Positions 24,173 through 37,490 of a stretch of DNA of 64,000 nucleotides are shown one piece after another. The stretch is from assembly GCA_038087875.1 (NCBI GenBank), contig CM075978.1, forward strand, positions 169,632,001-169,696,000, given 5' to 3'. The translations under genes were made by a program, and so were the position numbers. The notes below the pieces were generated by a model. The model ran no database searches. It was not told where the DNA came from and worked only from the letters and a program-made list of their open reading frames with translations. Every line of letters begins with the position of its first letter. Within the stretch, counting starts at the first letter, position 1. This stretch comes from Malacoraja senta (taxonomy: Eukaryota).

Positions 24173-26169
24173 TATTTCCTTCGCTCCATAGATGCTGCTG
24201 CACCCGCTGAGTTTCTCCAGCTTTTTTGTGTTACTTGGGACAATGTTCTCCCATTGCATCATACCAGCAAATATTGCCAAGTACTCCAAAGTTTCTCTTG
24301 TTTCCCTTTCCCATGACTCTCAGTCTCTGAAGAATGGTCTTGACTCAAAACATCACCAATTCCTTTTACCCAGAGATGCTGCCTGACCCGCTGAGTTACT
24401 CCAGCTTTTTTTCTATCTTTGCTGTAAACCAGCATCTGTAGTTCTTTCCTACACTCCAAAGTTAACAGTGGGCTTTGGCTATTGAGTGTAGTAGGTGCGT
24501 GCAGCAGAGTTGAATAGCAGGAGCGTTAGAACAAATGAATGAATAATCTAGACTCGAGTTTTGCTGATTGTTTTTGTCTATATGGAATTTAGGGTAGTTG
24601 GAAGTAAAGTCAATCAGAGTTTGCCAAAAGCCACTGGATAAACTCTTGAGGGAGAATAGTTTGTAGGGTTTTGGGGAAAAAAACAAATCCCTGGGAAACT
24701 CAAGCAGAGAGAAGCTCTGAGAAAAGGGTTTTGGTGGGACTAGTGAAGATGGGGCATGTCGGTCGGTATGGGCAAGTTGGGTTGAAGGGCCTGTTTCCAT
24801 GCTGTATGATTCTGTGACTCTATAACAGGGGATTGGGACTGAAATAGTCTACAGGAAGCTGTCATGGACCAAATGGGTCAAATGGCCTCCATCTCAACTA
24901 CAATGATTTTGTGATGGTGTTTTATTTTGGGCAGGCCATTTTGCCCTTTGCACCAATCACACTACTCAACACGATCTCTCTCAACTCCATTTACTCTGAA
25001 GAAAAAGTCACCACTGAGACTGAACCACTGAGTTACTCCAGCAATTTGAGTCTTTTAGTTTGCAAACCAGCATCTGCAGTTCCTTGCTCCTCTACTTTCT
25101 CTTATTCCTCCCTTGACAGCAGAGTGAAATGTTTGCAAATGGGTTCTAAAAGTAACCCAAATGGGACCACGGTTATTGTGTGTAATTAGCACGTTATTTT
25201 GATGCAAGAAGTACAAAATAAGGTTATGAAATGTGCCTGTTGATAATCCCCATGGGCTGTCTGCCATGAATCACAAGCATCACAGAGCGGAAATGCTCCT
25301 GAACAAAGGCATGATGATTTGCAAGGTGCAAATGCATGAAAGCAGCAACAAATGTCTCATTCCAGGGAAGATAAGGAGGGAGCTAAATGGAGTCATTGTG
25401 CTTTCGTTGATGGGAGGTCAATAACGGTAGATATTTATTGCACTGGGCTGATCATTTTCTGACTGCAGTTACTAATGGACCTCCCTAGGCATAGTAGCTC
25501 TGTCTGTACAGCACTGCTAATGCCTCTCCTTTGTTGTTTTGCCCCTACTCCTTTTTAAAAAATCGATTGATAGTTACAGCATGGAAACAGGCCCTTTGGC
25601 CCACCGATCGATCACCCGTTCTATGTTATCCCACTTTCACATTTGAGGCAATTTACAGAGGCCAATTATCCTTCAGACCCATATGTCTTTGTTCAAGAAG
25701 GAACTGCAGATGCTGGAAAATTGAAGGTAGACAAAAGTGCTGGTGAAACTCAGGGGGTGAGGCAGCATCTATGGAGCGAAGGAAATAGGCTTCAAGAAGG
25801 AACTGCAGATGCTACCATATGTCTTTGTGATGTGGGAGGAAACCAGAGCACCTGTAGGAAAACCCACACGGTCACAGGAAGAATGTGCTACATGCACACA
25901 GAGAGCAGGATCGAACTTGGGTCTCTGGCGGTGTGTGAGGCAGCTGCTCTACCAGCTGTGCCACTGTGCTGCTGGTATTTATTGAGATTTATCTGAAAGA
26001 GAAGATATAGAAAAAGAATATAACAACCCTGTAGCAAAGTGCCAGAACTAGAATTCTGTCCTTGTATGTGAGCAAGAAGTTCACCATTTAACTGCCTCCA
26101 TAATGGCAATCTATAGCATTTCATTATGACATTGTGCTGGAGCTATGATAGAAATGTCTTCAATTTATA

Positions 26170-26730
26170 CATAGAAGAAGAAGATGTTCCAGCAGGCCAG
26201 ATGCGGCAGAAGGTCCCAGCGAGCTGCGGCCATACCCCGGCGGCAGGCCTGGCACGCCCACCGCGGTACTGGGAGAGGGAAACCGCCGAGCCCGGCCCCT
26301 GCTCAACCCCGAAGGCCAGGAACCGGAGAGCAGGGTGCAGTGGTCAGTGATGGCGGTGGACGCCAGACAAAGGGGTGGTAATGAGAATCAAGGGGTCTTA
26401 CTTTCCACGCCCTCAAGGTCGGCTGCAGGAGGAGCCCCTGGGGCACGAAGGTCGAAGATGGCCGGACGAGGAGAGGGACGATGGTTCACGGGACGACCGG
26501 ATGGATGGAGGCGACGGCTGCAACAGGCCGTTATGGCCTTTGTGCAACTGGGGCATTTGAAAACGGCACCAAAACCTGACGACTCTTGCATGTTGACTCA
26601 GTGGGCTGTTCCTATGCATTTGGTACTTAATCGTGGGTTGTAGTTATGTATGGCAATAATCTCACTGATCTGTAGACAAAAAAAATAATGTTATTGTACC
26701 TTGGTACATATGATAATAAAGAACCATTCA
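26170..26730 (+). mobile_element. GC-rich SINE-like element with a Rex1-type 3' tail
   Basis: GC-rich body and tail TTGGTACATATGATAATAAA; a related fragment lies on the minus strand at 12260-12445. Confidence 0.55.
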
Positions 26731-27744
26731 ACCGTTGAACCATTGGATCTAGTGATTCATCAACTGAGGCAGAGTTTTCAAACCTATGATTCTACAATAA
26801 GCAGTCTTCGTTCAGGACAGAAACTACCACAAATATATCACACTGATTGCAGGATCATTTTCCCTACAGAAAAACAAGATGTTTGCAAAATACAATTTGT
26901 GTGCAGAAAAGCAGTCCTGTTTCTGACAGAGGTATGATTTGGTTGTGTAAACAAACTGCTACAGGAACTCAGTGGTCCAGGTAACATCTACGGAGAGAAA
27001 TAAACAGATGATTCATACCTCTAGATTCTCTCTCCCCTGACTCTCAGTCCAACGAAAGGTCTCGACCCAAAACGTCACCTATTCCTTTTCTCCAGAGATG
27101 CTGCCTGACCCGCTGAGTTGCTTCAGCATTTTGGTATAAACCAGCACCTGTAGACCCTTCCTACAGATGGTGTTTCGGGTCAGGATCCTTCTTCACACTA
27201 ATTGTTGAGGATATTACCAAATTGCACTTGTTGAATCATTGATAGATGCAGCATGGAAACAGGCCTTCCGTCCCACTGAGTCTATGCCAACTATCGATCT
27301 CCTGTTCACAACAGTTCTATTTTATCCCACTTCTGCAACCGCTTGGGCCAATTAACCTATCAACCCACGCGTCTTTGGGGTGTGGGAGGAAGCCGGACCA
27401 CCCAGCGGAAACCTTCGCAATCACAGGGAGAACGTGCAAACTCCACACAGACAGCAGCCGAGGTCAGGATATGTTTTGCATCCACTCCCTAAGACTTCAC
27501 TGTATTTATTCTGTCAGTACTGACGACAATCTGTATTATATTCATCAAGAGAAGAAAGAAAAAATACACTCTAATACCACATATAACATAATTAAATAGG
27601 AAGTTAATAAACTCACTAGTGACAAAATTACGTGTCAGCAAGAGGCATATCTTTCCACAGAAATTGAATTGCATTTCACAGAATCTCCGATACCAAACTT
27701 TGAAAAAAAAAGTAGCAGTGAAACCTGAAGAGGTTTTCAATGGT

Positions 27745-29156
27745 AGAAGCAAAGAACTGCAGACGCTGGTTTATACCAAAGGTAGACACAAAGTGCTGGA
27801 GTAACTCAGTGGATCAGACAGCATCTCTGGAGAAAAAGGATAAGTGATGTTTCAGGTCGGGACCCTTCTTCAGGTTGTTCTTCATTAGTATTGAACAAGG
27901 GTCCCAACCTGAAACGTCGCCTATCCATGTCCTCCAGAGTTGCTGCCTGACCCACTGGTAGTAGGGGGAAGAAAGCTGGAAAAAAAAGCGTTGGGGTTGG
28001 GAAAGCCTGGCGAGTGAAAGGCAAGTGATAAGAGGGTTGGAATAGTAAATGGGTGGAATAAATGGCAAAGGAACCAAATGGTGTCAGGTAAGGAGAGAAG
28101 ATGAGCGAAATATAAAGACAGAGGAAGGGATTTATATGGAAGGGGAAAACGGGAAGGGGAGAGAAGTGGGATAAAATGGAAAATGAGACACTCGGGGATG
28201 GGAGATGCGTGTACATGGAGGGTAAAGGACGAAGGTTGAATTGAATTGAATTGAATTAGACTTTATTAATCCCCTTATTCAGGGGAAATTCAGATGTCCT
28301 TGCAGCACACTAATAAAATACAACATAGTATTAAAAAGAAGTTCAACACCAAAACATCCCCCCACAGTGGGGGAAGGCACAAAGTCCAGTCTCCATCCTC
28401 TTGTCCACCCAGAGTCGAGCCCACTGAGGCCTCCACAGTCGCCGCCATGGCGCCCGATGTTCTCACCGGGTGATGGTGCTCCGGCATCGGGAGAACCCCC
28501 AGCGGCTTGGGGTACCAGGAACGACCACCTTCCCACCGAAGACCGCGGCTTCCAAGCCAACAGACCGCGCCGGACGGAGCTCCACACACTGGCAATCTCA
28601 GCAAGAGATCCCAGGCTTCGGGATGTACCGTTCAGCGTCGCAGCTGGCCGCTCCACAGAACCGCTGCTCCACGATGTTCTCATCGGCGGTCCCAGTATAC
28701 TGGAGTTCCAGCGCGGCGACCCAGGAAAGGCATCGCCCGCTCCACGACAGCGCTCTAGCGCTGCACCGCCGCGCCGATGTTCTGCGCTGCCGCCAAAGCC
28801 GATGTTTTGGCCAGGTCCCCTCAGGGAAACGTCGCTCCAGGACCCGCTGGTAGGCCGCAAGGACAGGTCGAAGGCGCTGCTCGGAGGAAGGCAACCTCTC
28901 CGACCAGGTAGGGACTCGAAAAACAGTTTCCCCCTTCCCCCCCACCACCCCCCACACATAAAAAGATTAGGCCCCCTGACTACACACTCAACGTACTAAA
29001 AATAATAAAAAAAAGGTGACTGGAAGGATGGAGAATGGAGGGGAAATGGGTGCGCACCAGGGTGGAGGGAGGGTCACAGGAAAGAGAGAGGAGGTAGAGA
29101 AGCATTACTTGAAATTAGGAAATTCAATGTTCGTACCGTTGGGTTGTAAGCCCAAG
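27745..29156 (-). mobile_element. Penelope-like 3' remnant interrupted by a younger element
   Basis: Minus strand at 29155-29105 reads LGLQPNGTNIEFPNFK* (Penelope ORF C-terminus); inverted hammerhead units at 27745-27950. Confidence 0.75.
28236..29015 (-). mobile_element. Young CpG-rich non-LTR, non-autonomous element with AATAAA and a (TTCAA)n tail
   Basis: Plus strand shows (TTGAA)n then CTTTATT at 28236-28268, followed by a CpG-rich body. The overlapping ORFs have no recognisable domain. Confidence 0.6.
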
Positions 29157-31588
29157 ATTTTCCTTGCACCTGGACCTCATTGTACTTGTGCATATGACAA
29201 TACACTCGACTTGTAAAATCGCTGGCTGTTCATGCACCCAATATAATTTAATCATAGAGACATAAATAAATCTTTAATAAAAATGCTGCTTTTATGAAAA
29301 TAAATGATTCAAAGGCATTCCGGTGCAACGTTGTATTTCAATGCACATTGGGAAGATAAATTGCTTTTCCTGTTAGTTTCGGCGTTCGAGATATCGGAAA
29401 GTCTATGGATGAACAACTATGTTTATGGAGGCAATTTTAAACTTTAGTAGTAATTGATCTTCTGTTCAGAAGATTTAGCCATTTCTTTATGAACATATTT
29501 CATGTTCTACAACCACGGGACATGTTCCCAATGACTGGTCTGTTTATTCACTGGAGGATCTGACTCACACATATTACCGGCCATTTGGAAGTCTACAATT
29601 TCCTCTCTGCCCATGACCTTACATGATCTCATCTCAGGTTCTGGCCTCTTGCTGCCCAGGATTTCCTTTGTCCTCAACCTTTGGTGGCTTTGTCTCCAAA
29701 TTCCAGTGATTTCTCACCAAACTTCTGTATTTTCTTCATCTTCCCATTCATTCCATAAATGTTCTTTGCCAAGTTTTAGTTGCCTGCCTTCTGAAAGATG
29801 TTGCAACAGTTAGTGCTACCTGCAACCTGGGCCTCCAGAGGCCCATTCCACCGTCACCTCGGCCCTTGAATGTGCCGTCCCCTCGCACTCCCGCAGCCAT
29901 TGCTCAGTTTCCGTGCTCGAGGATGTCTCCTGCAGCCCACCTCTGAACCCCCAGAGCATCTCCAAGGGTGCGGGACGTGAGCCCACTGCCCGCTCTCCGG
30001 CACCCATCCTCTGCTCTACCCAGCGCTATCTTGAAAACATTTTTACCTCATTGCCATCCTCATTACCTCAGTCGTTAGTAAATAAATCACAAATCAACAG
30101 GCGAGTGATCCTGAGCTACCATCTACCTCATTGAAGACCCTCGGACTATCTTTAATCAGACTTTACTGGACTTTATCTTACACTAAATGTTATTCCCTTT
30201 ATCGTGTATCTGTACACTGTGGACGGCCTGATTGTAATTATGTATAGTCTTTCCACTGACTGGTTAACACGCAACAAAAGCTTTTACTGTAGCTTGGTAC
30301 ACGTGACAATAAACTAAACTAAACCGAACCAACTGGCCTTAGTCAAATGGTATGTACAAGTCAAATGCTCAAATGGTATGTACTGTTTAGACAACCACTT
30401 GGTTATCTTACAGCGTCAGAATTCCAGGTTCGATCCTGACCTTGTGTGTTTATGTGTGTGTATGGAGTTTGTACGTTCTCCTTGTGACCATGTGGGTTTT
30501 CTCCAGATGCTCTGATTTAAATAGACAATAGACAATAGGTGCAGGAGTAGGCCATTCGGCCCTTCGAGCCAGCACCGCCATTCAATGTGATCATGGCTGA
30601 TCATCCCCAATCAGTACCCCTCTCTCTTTCCTCCCACACTCCAAAGACATACAGGTTTGTAGGCTAATTAGCTTCTATAAATTGTCCCTAGTGTTGAGGA
30701 TAGAACTAGTGTAAGGGATGCTCGCTGGTCGGCATGGACTTGGTGGGCCGCAGCATGATGAGCTTGTTCGATTTCCCTGGGGTGGTGTGGCACAGTCTTA
30801 CTTGGATTCCTGAGACACAACTTGTTGGGGCTTTATTTAAAAACCTTCTGTTGAAGCTATTAAAGAATGCTTTCCTACCATCTTCCTTATCCAGATTATG
30901 TCACTTCCACAATATCTTCACCGTTATTCGATCATTACAAAGTTGATATTTTCACGCAATGAATAGCAAGTATACAGCACCAATTAATCTATAATCTAAC
31001 ATTCACCGTATTAATAGTGTACAGGGTCCTCAATTAAATAATTGGTGCTTATTAATTGATAAGAGGCACAGTGGCGCAGCTGGTCGATCTGTTGCCCCAC
31101 AGCGATAGGGACCTGAATTTGATCCTAACTTTGGGTGCTGAGTTTGTAGAGTGAAACACCACTGTTCAGATTATAACTAAAGCATTCCTAACAGAATTTA
31201 CGACATGCTGGCATTTTAATCACCTGCTGGAATAAATAAATTTGTAATCTTCAGATCTGACTAACATCAATGGATCACCAAATGGTGTTTTCCAACTGTG
31301 TTGCGGGATTCAGATTCAGAATATAATTTATTTGGCAGCAGTGTATATTTTGCATCAGCTTGGAAAGGAAAATCACAACAAATCACAGTCCTGAGCTACT
31401 ATCTACCGCATTGGAGACCCTTGGATTATCTTTGATTGGACTTCACTAGACTTTATCTTGCACTAAACGTTATTCCCTTTTATCATGTATCCGTACACTG
31501 TGGGTGACTCGATCGTAATCACATATAGCCTTCCTGCTGTGTTTATAGCATGCAACAAAGGTTTTTCTCTGTACCGAGGTGCACGTGA

Positions 31589-31620
<32 letters not shown>

Positions 31621-33777
31621 CAAAAAAAAAGCTGACAACTCAGAACCAGTCTGAATGACAACTCTTCCTGTCAGTCTCTCCTACTCTCTTGCCCTGCTCA
31701 GGCTCAGTAAATCCCATGTCATTAATCGCTTGGAACATCTTTAAAGCATAAGAAATAACGCCATGGCTGCCCCATCATTCAGTCCAGTTGTCGCTGTTCT
31801 TTAACCTCAGTGCTACCAACCCAACATCCCATCATTCAGAGCTGGCACAGTGGCACAGCTAGTAGAGCCACTGCCTCACAGGGCCTGACACGCAGCTTCG
31901 ATTCTGACCTTGGGTGCTATCTGTGCGGAGTTTGCACATTCTCCTTTTGTCTGCGTGGGTTTCCTCTGGATGCTCTGCTGCCACACCCTGAAGACGTGCA
32001 GGTATGTGGCCCTCTGTAAATTGACTTCAGTGTGTAAGGAGTGGATGAGAAAGTGGGATAACATAGAACCATTCTGAATGGGTGATCAATGGTAGGCATG
32101 GACTAGGTGGGCTGAAGGGCCTATTTCCATACTGTATTTTTCAATGAACATTTTTCAATGAACCATTGGGTCAATGACCAATGATCAATGATAATTCCCT
32201 CAAAATCCCAAGTAATCAATAGTTATAGAGCTGGAGCATGAAAACAGGCCCTACGGCCCAACTTGCCCATGACAAGTTGGCACACTGGACTAGTCCCATT
32301 TGCCTGCATTTGGTCCATATCCCTCAAAACCCTTCCTATCTATATATCTGTTTTGGGTTGCTAATATTGGGCCAAAGATATGTTGAGAAGGCAAGACAGA
32401 GCACTGGAGGGGATAACTAGCCAATGTCTACTTTCAATGGTGATACAGGTTTGAGGGGCCAAATGGCCTGTTTCTGTTTCTGTTCTGTCCATTTTTATGA
32501 ATATATTCAGATTGACCCTGCACGACTCTTCACAGCCTTCTTTAATGCTTAACAATGTAGTTTAAAGAGGGTGCAGAATCGGGCGGGGTGGGGCGGGGGG
32601 GGGGGGGCGGGGAAGAGAAAGCTGGAAAAGAGAGAGGGGGTAGCTGGCAAGTATTAGGTGGATACAGGTGAGGGGGGTTTGAATGGCAGATGGGTGGAGT
32701 AAGTGACAATGGCTTGATTTGAAAAGGAGACAAATGGGTGTCAGATCAGCAGAGAAGCTGAGCAAAATGTGAACCTAGAGAAAGAATATGGGTGAAAGGG
32801 GACAGTGGGGAGTGGAAAGATGGGGAATGTTCATGTTCATAAGTGATAGGAGTAGAATTAGGCCAGTCGGCCCATCAAGTCTACTCTGCCATTCAATCGT
32901 AGCTGATCTATCTTTCCCTCTCAACCCATTCTCCTCCTTCTCCCATAGCCCCTGACACCTGTACTAATCGATAAAAGGAAATGAGGGGATGGGGGATGAG
33001 TGTACGAAGGAGTACGAAAGAGGAGCAGGCAACAGATCAGTTCTCTTTTGTGGAGGAAACAACAGAGTTAATGTTTCAGATCAGGAAAGCGCATGAACCA
33101 GAAACAATTTAATGTTTTTCTTGTAGCAGATGCTGCCTGACATGCTGAGCATTGGGTATTTTGTGTTCTACTTTCAAAGAAAAGGCTTTTCATCAAATTC
33201 TATTCATGTGTGTTAAGTACTCCATGCCACACCGTTTTGCAAAATATGTGTGGAATAGTTAATGCACATAGAGAGCAAGAAATTCACAGAGCAGCCAGCA
33301 TTTTGGTAATTGGATTGCTTTTGTTACAGCATTTCCAAGAGGTTCTATGCTACTGTCAACATCTCAGGACCATAAAACACAGTTGGAGCCACAATTACCA
33401 GGCTGAACACAGTCAATTTTGCAGCTGTCAGACGTTTTAGTGGATTTCAAGACAGCAACGCATGAGAAAACCATGAGAGATGCCTCTGCAATATCAAAAT
33501 AGCTTGAAGATTTAAAATCCAATGTACTTCACATTGGATAAACAAGGAATTGCTGATGCTGGTTTACAGCCTCCTCTGGTGCTGCCTGGCCCACTGTTCC
33601 TCTAGGAACAAGCTGTTTAATACACAAAAGGACACAAAGTGCTGGAGAAGGTCAACGGGTCAGGCAGCATCTCAAGAGTGTGTAGGAAGGAACTGCAGAT
33701 GCTGGTTTCTCCTGAAGACAGACACAAAATGCTGAGTAACTCAGCGGGTGAGGCAGCATCTCTGGAGAAAAGAAACA

Positions 33778-33811
33778 GGTGATGTTTCGGGTCGGGACCC
33801 TTCTTCAGACT
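33778..33811 (-). ncRNA. Minimal hammerhead motif in a Penelope remnant (33680-34135)
   Basis: Minus strand AGT-CTGAAGA-AGGGTC(CC)GACCC-GAAACATC-ACC; one CpG-type change in the ACGT palindrome. Confidence 0.5.
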
Positions 33812-34884
33812 GATTGTGGTGGCGGTGGGGAGAGGGTGGGGGGGGAGGGGGCGATAAGCTGGATGGGCTGGATGAGAGGAGAGGGAAGGGCGAAGCCTGG
33901 TGACTGATAGGTAGATACAAGTAACGGTGGGGAGGGGATAAGCAGACAGTTGGACAAATGCCAGATATGAAAAGACAAAAGGTGTGAGATAAGGATAGAA
34001 GTTCAAATTGTGAAGCCAGAGGAAAGAATGTAGGCGGAAGGGAAGGGGAAAAATGAATGCGCAGACAGGTGGGGCACAGGGAACGATTGGTAAGGGTAAG
34101 GGGAGAAGTAGTGGGGGGGTGGTTGTAGGTTAATGTATTCTTCGGTATTAAAATGCATTGCTATTCATTTGTTGGTAGATTTCTTTTTCAGATGCAAAAT
34201 TGGGGTAGGTTTTACCGCTTGTCGCAGGGCAGGACTAACAATAAATGCCATGGCCCTGGGGAACAGAGACCGATGGCTGCAGGTACATTGTCCCATGAAG
34301 GTGGTGACATGAGGAAGAAGGGGGGGAGAAGGCATTTGGCATGCTTGCCTTCATCAGTCAGACATTTATATTTCACACCTCATTTCCCGCCTTGTACACT
34401 TTTGTCTCCTTTTCTTCCCTCGCTATTGTCCATCCATTTGTATTCACCCATCACTTGCTGGACTTTAACCTGCTCCCACTTCTCTTAGTTTAGTTTACTT
34501 TAGTTTTGAGATACAGCGCGGAAACAGGCCCTTCACATTGAATGGCAGTGCTGGCTCGAAGGGCTGAATGGCCTACTCCTGCACCTATTGTCTATTGTCC
34601 TTCGGACGCAATGACCAGCGATCCCTGCACACTAACACTATCCTGCACACACTAGGTTCAATTTTACATTTATACCAAGCCAATTAACATATAAATCTGT
34701 ACGTGTTTGGAGTATGGGAGGAAATCAAAGTTCTCAGAGAAAACTTACGCAGGTCACGGAGAGAACATACAAACTCCTTACAGTCGGGATCGAACCAGGG
34801 TCTCTGGCGATATAAGATAGTAGCTCTACCACTACGCCACCGTGCCACCCCTATTCTCTCTTCCAGCTTTCTCCCTCCTACATC

Positions 34885-34918
34885 AGTCTGAAGAAGGGTC
34901 CCAGCCCGAAATGTCACC
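34885..34918 (+). ncRNA. Minimal hammerhead motif, slightly decayed
   Basis: AGT-CTGAAGA-AGGGTCCCAGCCC-GAAATGTC-ACC. Confidence 0.45.
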
Positions 34919-36674
34919 TATCCATGTCCTCCAAAGATGCTGCCTGATAGTTACTCCAGCGCTTGGTGTTTTTCTTGGTAAACAAGCACCTGCAGTTCCT
35001 TTTGTCTTCATCTGACAGAATCATGAGTAGCCCTACTTATGAAGTTGAAACAATTTAGTACATAAGTTTGCATCACTTTTAGAGTGGAGAAATGAGATAA
35101 GGAAAGTGTTCAAAGTTGTGCAAGGCTCTGATAGAGAAATTTGACTAAAGAGGTGATAACCTTGGGATATGTTGAAGCTTATTAGTAATAAACAAATGGA
35201 AGGGAGAACTTTTCATTATATGCAACAATGTCTTTGATCTGTAATGCACTGCCTGAAAGGGTGGCAGAAGCAGACACACAGTGGCTTTCATCTAGGAAAT
35301 GAATATACATTGCAATGGAAAATAAATCCGTGGGTTGGTGAGGAAAGGGGAGCTCAGAAGTAATTGGGCAGGCCTTTCAAAAGTATTGTCACGCAATATC
35401 CTGCAGCTATGTTGTGTGATACCAGAGTACCTTGGGAAATCATGGCCACTTCAATACATTTATCCTTTTTTTCTATGTATTAAATATATATTGCCTACTG
35501 CCATTTCAGTGTATAAACAGTGCATTAATTCACTGCTGCACAAGACCCGCAGTTGATGGATCCTGGAGCAAATATCAATCTACACGACAAACTCAAGTGC
35601 TGGAGTAACTCAACAGGTCAGGAAGCATTTCTGGAGGACATGCTTAGGCGATGTTTCAGGTCGAGACCCTTCTTCAGTCTTAAGTTAATTTCCTCCAGGG
35701 ATGCTGTCTGTCTGACCTGCTGAGTTACTCTTGCGTTTTGTGATCTTTTTTTGCGAACCACCATCTGTGGTTCCTTGTATCTCTGCAAGATCAACTGAAG
35801 GGTCTTCGTCGAAAAGTCACCCATTCCTTCTCTCCAGGGATGCTGCCTTTCCCAGAGTTACTCCAGCATCTTTTGCCTATCACCAACTATCTCTGTATCC
35901 ATCCAAGTATCTTTTAAATGCTGTTATAGTACCTGTCTCAACTACCTCCACTGGCAGCTCGTTCCATATAACCAGCGCTCTCTGAGTGAAAATGGTGCTC
36001 CTCAGGTTCATATTAAATCTTTCCCCTCCTCACTTGATCAGATCATCTGAAGAAGGGTCTCGACCAGAAACCTCACCCTTTCCTTCTCCCCAGAGATACT
36101 GCACTGTCCCGCTGAGTTACTCCGGCTTTTTGTGTCTATCTTCAGTGACCTATGTGGCTATTGATGGAAGTACTCCTAACATTGCAGCAGCAGTTTCTAT
36201 GGTGTGCAGCAGCCAAAGGGTGCAAGCCCTTAAAAGACATGGTACCCAAGACAAACAAAATAAACACAAAGGCTGTGTGATAGTTTGTTCAAGTATATTT
36301 TAAGTAAATAAAATATTTTTTTTTCATTTTGCTGCATGTCATTCCATTGTGTAACATACATATTTGATTAAACAAGATTTTCCTCAGGGTTCATATCAAT
36401 ATACAGTGTATTATAAAGGATCCTAAACCACTGTGGTAACATCTCCAAAGATTAAGATTCAATTTAATTAGTTGTTGGTTTATAGCACACCACCAACACA
36501 GAAAGCCGAACTTGAAACTAAAAGAAGCAGAAATTGAGATGATAGTACAGAAATTTGATGTTGAATTAAATAATTAGAGTGCCTGGTGATGGGCTAACTT
36601 ACATGGGCAACAAAAGAATCTCTTAAAAATATTAACCCACTGAAGACAGAAAAAACGAAACATACCAGGACCGC

Positions 36675-37028
36675 TCATAGCTTACTAGTGGCATATTTTG
36701 TCAAAAGACATTTATCCATACTTATGGATGGGTTATCAAGGTCAAAATCAACCTTGAACGAAGGGTTCTGGCCCAGGGCTAAATAGCCGACGATGATACA
36801 GATTTGTGCAGTGAGACCCCATACAGTGAATGACTTGTGCGTCTGCCGGTCTTTAAACGTGAAGAAGTGCACCAACATTCCCGTTTCGTAAGGCGTTGAG
36901 GTGTGTTCTTCTGACTTTAAGAAGTGGCGCATTGGGACGATAAACACGTCACTCACTTCATTGGCATTGGGATGTGGCTGGAATGTATCTGAGATAAATG
37001 CTACCACTGGTGTCACCAAAATGTCATC
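36675..37028 (-). CDS. NUDT7: Peroxisomal CoA diphosphatase NUDT7, last coding exon
   Basis: Acceptor ttttcaccccaccatAG|GAT, phase 0. Reads DDILVTPVVAFISDTFQPHPNANEVSDVFIVP...VWGLTAQI...KYATSKL*, ending in PTS1 SKL. Confidence 0.95.
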   Translation of the reverse strand, partial: DDILVTPVVAFISDTFQPHPNANEVSDVFIVPMRHFLKSEEHTSTPYETGMLVHFFTFKDRQTHKSFTVWGLTAQICIIVGYLALGQNPSFKVDFDLDNPSISMDKCLLTKYATSKL

Positions 37029-37050
37029 CTATGGTGGGGTGAAAAATAGA

Positions 37051-37490
37051 GGTTTAGGTTTATTGTTGTCACGTGTACCGAGTTATAGTGAAAAGCTTTA
37101 ATTTGCATGCTATTCAATCAGAACAGATAATACTATTGATCAATACAATCAATTCAAGCTCAAGTACAATAGATAGAGTAAAGTGCAAGATACAGAGCAC
37201 AGAATATGGTTCTCAGCATTATAGCGCATCAGTTTCATACCCAAAGTCCAATGTCCGCAATGGGGTAGAGGTGGACAGTACCCCAGCTTAAGGAAGGATC
37301 ATTTATAAGACTAATAACAGAGGGGAAGAAGCTGTTTCTCAGTCTGGTGGTGTGCGCTTTCAAGCTTCTGAACCTGTAGAGCGGGGAGGAGAAGGAATGA
37401 CCAGGGGGGAACAAGTCTTTGATTATGTTGGCTGTTTTTTAAGGCAACATGGAGCTTAGATGGAGTTAATGGTGGAAGTCTGGTCTATAT
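37051..37490 (-). mobile_element. Rex1/Babar-like LINE 3' end abutting the last NUDT7 acceptor
   Basis: Minus strand CTCGGTACACGTGACAACAATAAACCTAAACC ends about 22 nt before the exon. Confidence 0.75.
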
